Shown: piece after piece, positions 60,201-64,000 of the stretch
Layout of the letters: each line of letters starts with the position of its first letter
Numbering within the stretch: the first letter of the stretch is position 1
NCBI RefSeq assembly: GCF_006345805.1
Contig: NC_042998.1
Span: 96,906,001-96,970,000 of the forward strand
Length of the DNA stretch: 64,000 nucleotides
Direction: 5' to 3'
Source of the DNA: Octopus sinensis
Lineage: Eukaryota
The notes under the pieces: model-generated
Seen by the model: the letters and a program-made list of their open reading frames with translations, nothing else
The model's database searches: none
What the model was told of the DNA's origin: nothing
Position numbers and translations under genes: made by a program

Positions 60201-62574
60201 TCTTTGAAAGTACAGAGCCAGCAAAAGCCAATTCACTGAAGAGAAAGACAACCAATTTCAGCCAATTCACTGAAGAGAAAGACAACCAATTTCAGCGTGT
60301 TACTCAGCAGTTTTTCTTATGAAGCATACTGGATGCAAACATTCATGTTCTCTCTCATACACACACACATACATACATGACCTTCATTTGCTTTCCGTCT
60401 ACTAAATTCACACATGAGGCATTGTTTGACCCAGGTTTACAGTAGAAGACATTTGCCCAAGGTGCTGCATTGTAGGACTGAACCCAAATCCTTATGATTC
60501 AGAAGCTAACTTCCAAACTATACAACCATGCCTACACCTGAAATATGTTAGACAAATTTTCAATACAGCAGTTATTAATAAGTCCAAGTCCTGTGCCATT
60601 AACACTGCAAAATCCAATAATCTCAGATCTGAAGTCATTATCTATTACTAGTTTTTCTTTAGTGCAATTACTTTTCAACTATCTTTCACACATCATAGTA
60701 AAATGGTTAATGATGATGAAGAAGAGAATGATGATGACTCCCACTAGTCGAATCATCATCATCATCATTTAGCATCCATTGTCCATGCTGGCATGGGTTG
60801 GATGGTTTGACCAGGGCTGACAAGCTGGAAAGTTGCACCAGACTCCAGTCTCATTTGGCATGGTTTCTACAGCAGGATGCCCTTGGTATGCAATGCAGGA
60901 GTGGTAGGCATTGCATACTCTATTTGTTTTTGCTTAAATAATCAAGGGTCCATAAAACAACAGCCAAAATGGAATTAGTTCATAGCATCTCAAAGAGGAG
61001 TTTGCTTGCTATTTCTGGCAGGTCAAGCAACTACAAAGAGAGTCCCTCATTGGCTTGTAGTACAAAGTTGCTGCTGTCAGCAACAGAAGTGACGGTATTA
61101 GTGATAACATTAATAAATGTCATAATATACAATACAATTTTTTAAAAACTGGCAAAAGTTTTAGTAAAGAAACATAACAAAATGTCTGTCATCTCAAAGG
61201 AAATATTTTTACCGGCGTTCTTCATCTTTTCAAAATTATCTGATAAGACATTAACTTTGTCTTTTTCTAGTTCAAGTATTTTGTTTAAATGTTCATTTTC
61301 ATTCTTCAGTTGAATTACTTCCTCCTGCAATTAAAGGAAACAAAAATACCAATTAGCTATAACATTTTGCAATGTAAAAGTTAGCAATAACTTCATCAAA
61401 TTCAACTGCCTTCTGTCTGTTGATGGTCAAGCACTTGCAGCACTAAATTCTTCACAACTAAATTTATTAAGCCTGTCTAATCAACTTTACAATGGATTAA
61501 TAGTTACCGGCTCAGACCATTCTGAGATTACTCAGAATCTAGATTTTTATCCTCTTAATAAATGTGAACTTTGTTTCAAATATTAAAATGCTAACTTCCC
61601 TTCTTACTTTCTTCTATATCATTATAACTGTTTAACATCCATTTTCCTATGTTTGCATGGTTCAAACAGAATCTATTGAGGCAGATTTTCTATGTGCAGA
61701 TGCCCTTCTTGTTGCCAACCGTCATCTGTTTCCATGTAAGATATTTCCCCATTGTCAGACATGTTTTTCATGGAAGACTGGAAACTAACATAATTTGTAT
61801 AAAAGCAATCAGTGTTTGATATCATCACTTGATGTCAACACAAGAGTAAACGCACACACACACATGCTCATACACACTTACACAATGTTAGAAAGGATAT
61901 CCAGCCATGAAAATCAAACCTTGCCAGTGCTGGTGCCACATAAAAACTACTCAGTCTACTTTGTATCATAGTTGGCATTAGGAAGGACATCCAGCCATAG
62001 AAACCATGTTAAGAGACAGTGGAGCTTAGTGCAGTCCTCTGGCTTACCAGCTCTCATCAAGCCATCCAACCCATGCCAACATGATGATGGATGTTAAATG
62101 ATGATGATGCTGATACACATACCCTCAGAATTCTTTCAGCTTCAACCTACCAAATCCACTCACAAGTCTTTTGTCAACCTGGGACTATAGTAGACAACAC
62201 TTGCGCAAGGTAGAATGAGACTGAATGCAAAACCCTGTGGTTGCAAAGCAAGCTTCTTAACCACACAGCCATACCTGCCCCTATAGCTTGTCAAGTTTGT
62301 TTTTCTCTTTTTTTAATACAAGAAAGGAGTTCAAAAGTTATAGAACACAAGAAATGAGAAGATAGATAAAAGGAATAAGGAATAGCATTAATGTAATTAC
62401 CTCAAGACCAGCAAATGCTTCGGATTTTGCTATAAACAGATGTTCTCTTTCTAAAAGATCTCGGTAGTTTTCTGTAAGAGTTTGGTACTCTTTATTAGCC
62501 TTTTCCAACTCTTCAGAAGATACGGAATCTTCCAGAGCCTTCTGCAAAGCATTTATCTTGAATGTGGAAGTGTA
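4544..62574 (-). CDS. CEP290: Centrosomal protein 290 orthologue, partial: 29 coding exons, ~1393 codons
   Basis: Manually spliced exons all have AG/GT boundaries with compatible phases and total 4181 nt. Peptides match recalled human CEP290, e.g. SRDKEVLSLRQQLLDFQAQSDDK, KLHRQIVQLQVSEGTA, AGAIPLSKQEKF, KWEEKKKW, KDVPRLK, ELEKIIALLKKVVDRVQSENEQLKK. Confidence 0.95.
5740..5925 (+). mobile_element. Decayed pogo/Tigger-like transposase N-terminal HTH fragment
   Basis: SLKEMVELIEKIHDGRSFEAVGHESGINESIIHSIYK resembles the psq/CENP-B-type HTH; no TIR pair confirmed. Confidence 0.5.
6794..6886 (-). CDS. CEP290: CEP290 exon (RKTMADMKILLRESAEREQ...LLRK)
   Basis: 93 nt, phase 0/0; resembles human DLKQLVKEATEREQ. 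Confidence 0.9.
7437..7843 (+). mobile_element. RTE 3'-UTR/tail copy
   Basis: Tandem ~65-bp units, GGTTGGCGTTAGGAAGG motif, (GAT)n tail. Confidence 0.8.
8268..8470 (+). mobile_element. SINE family B copy
   Basis: Homologous to 4146-4356. Confidence 0.75.
9118..9297 (-). CDS. CEP290: CEP290 exon (ETDLKMKL...KKLEEDLENK)
   Basis: 180 nt, phase 0/0. Confidence 0.87.
10014..10547. mobile_element. TA-flanked MITE (Tc1/mariner-pogo superfamily, non-autonomous), 534 bp
   Basis: 27-bp TIRs CCGTATTTGACGGCATATAGGACGCAC / GTGCGTCTAATATGCTGTCAAATACAG; TA at 10012-13 and 10548-49. Confidence 0.9.
11347..11469 (-). CDS. CEP290: CEP290 exon (QKVRDLEKK...YEKLRKDLLK)
   Basis: 123 nt, phase 0/0; CAGCAG tandem acceptor. 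Confidence 0.9.
11600..12095 (-). mobile_element. SINE family A copy, older
   Basis: Homologous to 2217-2600. Confidence 0.7.
12290..12560 (-). mobile_element. Internal RTE fragment (Cys-rich region after RT)
   Basis: Homologous to 34020-34270 and 47630-47860. Confidence 0.8.
12657..12883. mobile_element. TTAA MITE family 1 (piggyBac-type ends)
   Basis: TTAACCCTTTAACATTCAG start; reverse-complement homologue at 18765-18988; partial copy at 12210-12287. Confidence 0.75.
12902..13048 (-). CDS. CEP290: CEP290 exon (VGESGKSPKELEKIIALLKKVVDRVQSENEQLKK...DLV)
   Basis: 147 nt, phase 0/0; strong similarity to recalled human sequence. Confidence 0.95.
13127..13307 (+). mobile_element. RTE 3'-tail copy, short, little diverged
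   Basis: GGACGTTAAAC(GAT)n end; CpGs retained. Confidence 0.85.
14686..15010 (-). mobile_element. RTE 3'-UTR/tail copy
   Basis: (CAT)n followed by TTTACATCCGCTTTCCATGC and repeat units. Confidence 0.82.
15060..15146 (-). CDS. CEP290: CEP290 exon (ARVDDLQTYIEALRAE...EVTK)
   Basis: 87 nt, phase 0/0. Confidence 0.88.
15973..16285 (-). mobile_element. Young tRNA-derived SINE (family C) with 9-bp TSD
   Basis: Minus strand A box TGGCCTAGTGG, B box GGTTCGAATC, (AAC)n tail; TSD CATCTAACT at 15964-15972 and 16286-16294. Confidence 0.9.
16419..16559 (-). CDS. CEP290: CEP290 exon (DNINCKE...LSKENIEIHFEMEEAKKDVPRLK)
   Basis: 141 nt, phase 0/0; resembles human SSENIELKFQLEQANKDLPRLK. Confidence 0.93.
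16680..17040 (-). mobile_element. RTE 3'-UTR copy fused to a partial SINE B at 16605-16680
   Basis: Repeat units and GGATACCCTTCCTAG motif; tail replaced by SINE B sequence. Confidence 0.7.
17995..18129 (-). CDS. CEP290: CEP290 exon (ISKLNRKLSKHED...FVEGK)
   Basis: 135 nt, phase 0/0. Confidence 0.82.
18351..18501 (-). CDS. CEP290: CEP290 exon (SNREKEIHE...KQSEE)
   Basis: 151 nt, phase 2/0. Confidence 0.82.
18673..19111. mobile_element. TTAA MITE family 2 interrupted by a family 1 MITE (18765-18988)
   Basis: Outer ends TTAACCTTTTTGTTACC / GGTATCAACAGGGTTAA; inner ends TTAAGCCTTTAGCATT / AATGCTAAAGGGTTAA; uninterrupted outer copy at 37711-37934. Confidence 0.85.
19224..19363 (-). CDS. CEP290: CEP290 exon (NVEVIKWEEKKKWEK...IALD)
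   Basis: 140 nt, phase 0/2; resembles human RWEEGKKW; preceded by a 92-nt intron. Confidence 0.93.
19456..19587 (-). CDS. CEP290: CEP290 exon (KLQESEGQEL...TEKPK)
   Basis: 132 nt, phase 0/0. Confidence 0.88.
20557..20663 (-). CDS. CEP290: CEP290 exon (EKKNSLIQKLK...KASSQ)
   Basis: 107 nt, phase 1/0. Confidence 0.88.
20819..21026 (+). mobile_element. SINE family B copy
   Basis: Homologous to 4146-4356. Confidence 0.75.
21631..22011 (+). mobile_element. Non-autonomous Helitron, ~380 bp
   Basis: A|TC...TATATATATAAAG 5' end; subterminal CCCGAGCAACGCCAGG hairpin remnant; CTAG|T 3' end; no TSD. Confidence 0.8.
22822..22936 (-). CDS. CEP290: CEP290 exon (SEIEEIRSQNEKLK...QEKL)
   Basis: 115 nt, phase 0/1. 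Confidence 0.88.
23008..23421 (+). mobile_element. SINE family A, full length
   Basis: A/B boxes, (TA)n(TATG)n core, 3' AAATGACTGAAAC. Confidence 0.88.
23945..24082 (-). CDS. CEP290: CEP290 exon (ALNKALSKIRTDL...TENLS)
   Basis: 138 nt, phase 0/0. Confidence 0.9.
24791..25007 (-). mobile_element. SINE family B copy
   Basis: Reverse-complement homologue of 4146-4356. Confidence 0.8.
25214..25427 (-). CDS. CEP290: CEP290 exon (LLRKHDAEL...KEANSRA...KENQIQ)
   Basis: 214 nt, phase 2/0; resembles human KEANSRAP. Confidence 0.92.
26816..27021 (-). mobile_element. SINE family B copy
   Basis: Reverse-complement homologue of 4146-4356. Confidence 0.8.
27431..27585 (-). CDS. CEP290: CEP290 exon (MIHMSALEDLIAERDE...QAKE)
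   Basis: 155 nt, phase 0/2, donor gtgcgt. Confidence 0.85.
28115..28580 (-). mobile_element. RTE 3'-UTR copy with ~4.5 repeat units
   Basis: Homologous to 54950-55466. Confidence 0.82.
28799..29017 (-). CDS. CEP290: CEP290 exon (ARIQLKEESIK...AFKKQ)
   Basis: 219 nt, phase 0/0. Confidence 0.92.
29200..29424 (-). CDS. CEP290: CEP290 exon (RVEQLQ...KDKLIAEIRLQMPAT...VSSLK)
   Basis: 225 nt, phase 0/0. Confidence 0.92.
31685..31819 (-). CDS. CEP290: CEP290 exon (FNKNFGKLPDTSQPVAVQLENA...VLKK)
   Basis: 135 nt, phase 0/0; resembles human IPDPSLPLPNQLE. Confidence 0.9.
31975..32250 (+). mobile_element. Decayed RTE-type LINE fragment (pre-RT region)
   Basis: WTDLFEDEKP...SEVEHTIKITRKGKTPGPD and downstream FRTVSLM. 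Confidence 0.65.
33027..33215 (-). CDS. CEP290: CEP290 exon (ISLYEKTIKNQE...WEFREQELER...ATAQ)
   Basis: 189 nt, phase 0/0. Confidence 0.9.
33250..35255 (-). mobile_element. RTE-clade LINE, 5'-truncated, with open RT domain, one frameshift, internal deletion, 3' UTR and (GAT)n tail
   Basis: ORF 34201-35307: KTPGPSG, NYRGIKLL, QFGF, AFVDMEKAFDRV, GVHQGSVLSPLLF, LLYADD; C-terminal GRGKPRKTW at 33819-34013. Confidence 0.95.
35578..35975 (+). mobile_element. SINE family A, full length
   Basis: A/B boxes, (GT)n core. Confidence 0.88.
36521..36721 (-). CDS. CEP290: CEP290 exon (VKEQRRQVEDK...KVAEWHSKMETLRL...LQEQ)
   Basis: 201 nt, phase 0/0; resembles human KVINWHMKIEELRL. Confidence 0.93.
37591..37665. 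repeat. 15-bp minisatellite (GATGTGTATGTATCT) x5
   Basis: Five perfect units seen directly. Confidence 0.95.
37711..37934. mobile_element. TTAA MITE family 2, uninterrupted
   Basis: TTAACCCTTTTGATACC ... GTAACGAAAGGCTTAA. Confidence 0.8.
40269..40481 (-). mobile_element. SINE family B copy
   Basis: Reverse-complement homologue of 4146-4356. Confidence 0.82.
40521..41085. mobile_element. Unclassified ~565-bp element flanked by (AAT)n tracts
   Basis: GC-richer than its surroundings; (AAT)n-rich runs on both sides; no ORF or TIR seen. Confidence 0.5.
41759..41872 (-). CDS. CEP290: CEP290 exon (EVHRQYAGAIPLSKQEKF...RELVE)
   Basis: 114 nt, phase 0/0. Confidence 0.95.
42040..42400 (-). mobile_element. 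RTE 3'-UTR/tail copy
   Basis: (CAT)n CGTTTAACGTC start and ~2.5 repeat units. Confidence 0.85.
42503..42870 (+). mobile_element. SINE family A copy, older
   Basis: GGCTATGTG...GGTTCAG head, (GT)n core, 3' module. Confidence 0.7.
43168..43428 (-). mobile_element. RTE 3'-UTR/tail copy
   Basis: Same tail and motif as 33250-33660. Confidence 0.85.
43750..44000 (+). mobile_element. Possible decayed R4/Dong-like retrotransposon C-terminal fragment
   Basis: RVQDKEESTRYQELAGEIEN* resembles the KE.EK..KY.DL..EI motif of restriction-like endonuclease elements; short and degenerate. Confidence 0.35.
44155..44480 (+). mobile_element. SINE family A copy
   Basis: A/B boxes, (TA)n core. Confidence 0.85.
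44692..44894 (-). CDS. CEP290: CEP290 exon (GKLHRQIVQLQVSEGTA...KKNLS)
   Basis: 203 nt, phase 1/0. Confidence 0.95.
45490..45630 (-). mobile_element. RTE C-terminal coding fragment
   Basis: Homologous to 33900-34010 (GRPRKTWDEVV region). Confidence 0.75.
46463..46595 (-). CDS. CEP290: CEP290 exon (EIADVATYQV...SRDKEVLSLRQQLLDFQAQSDDKTVI)
   Basis: 133 nt, phase 0/1; strong similarity to recalled human sequence. Confidence 0.95.
46665..48122 (-). mobile_element. RTE-clade LINE 3' fragment, more decayed
   Basis: GVHQRSVLGPLLF, FLYADD, RIRIAWAKFRE, QERRLRWYGHVLRM, 3' UTR and (GAT)n tail. Confidence 0.92.
48745..49080 (-). mobile_element. Decayed RTE-type LINE C-terminal fragment (distinct family)
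   Basis: EPLFLHNERS...KPTSRRPRNRPRTRWLDNI...LGI...VASDR. Confidence 0.65.
49769..49866 (-). CDS. CEP290: CEP290 exon (NAATKDVSESDSKKIAELEENE...SKLK)
   Basis: 98 nt, phase 1/0; an alternative in-frame acceptor would start the exon at 49860. Confidence 0.85.
50830..50948 (+). rRNA. 5S rRNA-derived sequence, full length, probably a pseudogene
   Basis: GCTTATGGCCATATCATGTTGAAAGCACCGGTTCTCGTCCGATCACCGAAGTTAGGC...GATGGGTGACTGCTTGGGAAACCTAGGTGCTGTAAGC; several CpG>TpG/CpA-type changes relative to recalled 5S; single copy; no T4+ terminator after it. Confidence 0.9.
50960..51360 (+). mobile_element. SINE family A, full length
   Basis: GGCGCAGGAGTGGCTGTGTGG head, B box, A-rich tail. Confidence 0.88.
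51527..51870 (-). mobile_element. Decayed RTE-type LINE C-terminal fragment
   Basis: LRQILDIKW...VALKWQPEGKK..GHPKTTWQRTI...SWNETR. Confidence 0.65.
52240..52600 (-). mobile_element. RTE (BovB-like) LINE 3' fragment
   Basis: SELAEGKHIQGGHKKCFKDLLKALLKSF...IGLIGHSWTH. Confidence 0.75.
53057..53117 (-). CDS. CEP290: CEP290 exon (VSQVNNTYKKSEEQLREELA)
   Basis: 61 nt, phase 0/1; resembles human EQMLRDELA. Confidence 0.85.
53505..53779 (-). mobile_element. RTE 3'-UTR/tail copy, cut off where the palindrome begins
   Basis: About 90% identical by eye to the reverse complement of 55180-55447. Confidence 0.85.
53780..54315. repeat. ~535-bp foldback palindrome (two ~260-bp inverted arms, ~9-nt loop)
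   Basis: AAAGTAAACAGAAAATGGAG...AGAGCCTTGAGAA versus TTCTCGAAGCTCT...CTCCATTTTCTGTTTACTTT. Confidence 0.95.
54950..55466 (+). mobile_element. RTE complete 3'-UTR copy with ~4.5 repeat units
   Basis: From CTTGTGAAGACCTGTTG to GACGTTAAAC(GAT)n. Confidence 0.88.
55846..55937. repeat. Interrupted (GT)n microsatellite
   Basis: Seen directly. Confidence 0.95.
56322..56392. repeat. (ACAT)n microsatellite
   Basis: Seen directly. Confidence 0.95.
56450..56690 (+). mobile_element. RTE C-terminal fragment
   Basis: VEGSCRRGKPRNTWDKVVKQDLQILGL. Confidence 0.75.
56695..57944 (-). mobile_element. Second RTE subfamily 3' end with ~1-kb 3' UTR containing a (GA)n tract
   Basis: ORF 57664-57942 QERRMHWFGHGMRM...GRGRSRKIWDEVV; UTR carries two GCCCTTCCTAACGCCAACC-like motifs; linkage of UTR to ORF inferred from adjacency and strand. 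Confidence 0.65.
58540..59040. repeat. Degenerate (GT/AT/GC) low-complexity tract
   Basis: Seen directly. Confidence 0.85.
59313..59716 (-). mobile_element. RTE 3'-UTR/tail copy
   Basis: (CAT)n CGTTTAACGTCCG start, ~2.5 units. Confidence 0.85.
59792..59973 (-). CDS. CEP290: CEP290 exon (DAKSV...EMNELHEKQRAEHA...ENLAE)
   Basis: 182 nt, phase 1/0; resembles human ELNERQRAEH. Confidence 0.92.
61213..61324 (-). CDS. CEP290: CEP290 exon (EEVIQLKNENEH...KMKNA)
   Basis: 112 nt, phase 0/1, ttgcag|...|gtaaaa. Confidence 0.85.
62401..62574 (-). CDS. CEP290: CEP290 exon (YTSTFKINALQKALEDSV...AFAGLE)
   Basis: 174 nt, phase 0/0, aaacag|TAC...GAG|gtaa. Confidence 0.9.
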
Positions 62575-62719
62575 CTGTTTTAAAATAAAATAGAGATTCG
62601 ACAATCACTGAAGAAGTAAATAAATTTATTATGAGGTTTGTTTCTTTCAAACATTAATTTCCCTAAAATCCTCCTCAAAGTGAAACTGTGTAGACAAATG
62701 ATTAGAATGTTACATTCAC

Positions 62720-63230
62720 AATTGTTAGGTCAGGGTTTCGATACATGGGCTGGGTGGTGCATTGTGTTCACCAGTCTGGAACCCCTATCTTGCTCAGGGC
62801 ATTGACCTCCTATTAACTGTTCAGAGACATGCAGCCAAGTGAATACCCTCCATCAGGCATCTACCATATTCTGAGCAGCTTGCTTTCCTGAGCATAGATA
62901 CATTGAAGCTCTAACATCTGGCAACTGACTTGGTAAACACCCACAAAATTATTAACCATCATGCCATAACTACCCTGAGCACCTTTTTGAGCTCCATGTG
63001 CCTAACACACATGGGTATGCCTACAAAGTCAGAAAACAGCACAGCTCTCATGAATTTCAGAAACATTTTTTCACACTCAGAGTTGCTGAAGCATAGAACA
63101 AACTACCTGCATCATTTGCTAATTGCCAAGACATTGCATCCTTTAAAACCTCTATGCTTCCTGAAATTCGCCCACACTACACCTGATATCCCCCCTCTAT
63201 AGACATGCACGCATGTATATCATGACTCAT
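62720..63230 (+). mobile_element. Decayed CR1/L2-type LINE C-terminal fragment
   Basis: WNPYLAQGIDLLLTVQRHAAK*IPSIRHLPYSEQLAFL...DLVNTHKII. Confidence 0.7.
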
Positions 63231-63324
63231 ACACCGTTCAATTTCCTGACTTTTGTACATAATTTTATGTAATGTACATGCACCTTTGATGAGTTGTAGT
63301 GCACCTGAGCATGCATTATTATCA

Positions 63325-63770
63325 ACATCATCGTCATTTAACATCCGCTTTCCATGCTGGCATAGGCTCGACAGTTTGACTGAAGGCTGGTAAGCCAGAA
63401 GGCTGCACCTGGCTCCAATTTGATCTGGCAAGGTTTCTACAGCTGGATGCCCTTCCTAACGCCAACCACTCTGACAGTGTAGGGGGTGCTTTTTATGTGC
63501 TACTGGCACAAGGGCCAGTCAGGTGGTGCTGGCATCAACCACACTTGAATGGTGCTTTTTACGTGCCACCAACACAGGAGCCAGTCAAGTGACACTGGCA
63601 ACAATCATGCTCGAATGGTGCTTTTTATGTGCCATCAGCATAGGAACTAACCAGGTGGCACTGGCAACAACCATGCTCAAATGGTGCATTTTACATGCCA
63701 CTGGCATAGGACCAATCAGGCAGCACTAGCATTGACCACATTCAAATGGTTCTTTTTACGTGCCACCAGC
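63325..63770 (-). mobile_element. RTE 3'-UTR/tail copy with ~4.5 66-bp units
   Basis: Tandem units starting GGTGCTTTTTA on the plus strand. Confidence 0.85.
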
Positions 63771-64000
63771 TTTTCATGTTGCTCCAGTCCACTCTAGTGA
63801 GTAACCCTATGCCAGACCAGCATCATATTTCTAGAACATCATGACCTTGGTCACTTACATGTCATGGAAGCTGGGTATCTAACCTGATGAATTCTAAAGC
63901 TGAAGACAGAGCTAACTAACTAATTAGCTATATAAAATTAGGATACAATTTTAAATCCAGTTTTCACTAAAGAATAACATAAAAAATGTATAAGAAATAT

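Noticed and set aside
63485-63770. Regularly spaced ~66-bp repeats resembling a CRISPR array
   Set aside because: Whole units are homologous with no unique spacers, no cas genes are present, the context is a eukaryotic intron, and the repeats belong to the RTE 3' UTR.

Overview
AT-rich eukaryotic genomic DNA, most likely a coleoid cephalopod (Octopus-like; inferred from the SINE/RTE content and dense microsatellites). No prokaryotic features and no CRISPR array. One protein-coding gene spans nearly the whole window on the minus strand: a CEP290 orthologue. I traced 29 GT-AG coding exons (62574 down to 4544, 4181 nt) that splice into one continuous frame; both ends of the gene lie outside the window or were not found. 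The introns hold RTE LINE fragments and many RTE 3'-tail copies, two abundant tRNA-derived SINE families, one young SINE with a TSD, a piggyBac relic, TTAA MITEs (one nested in another), a TA-flanked MITE, a non-autonomous Helitron and a 5S rRNA-derived copy. The most notable structures are a ~2 kb nested inverted-repeat region in one intron, a 5S copy with no terminator directly upstream of a SINE, and a variable-number twin-hairpin repeat in the RTE 3' UTR. I do not see convincing evidence of a wholly new biological system. All family names come from recalled motifs, not database searches, and repeat boundaries are approximate unless TIR/TSD positions are given.
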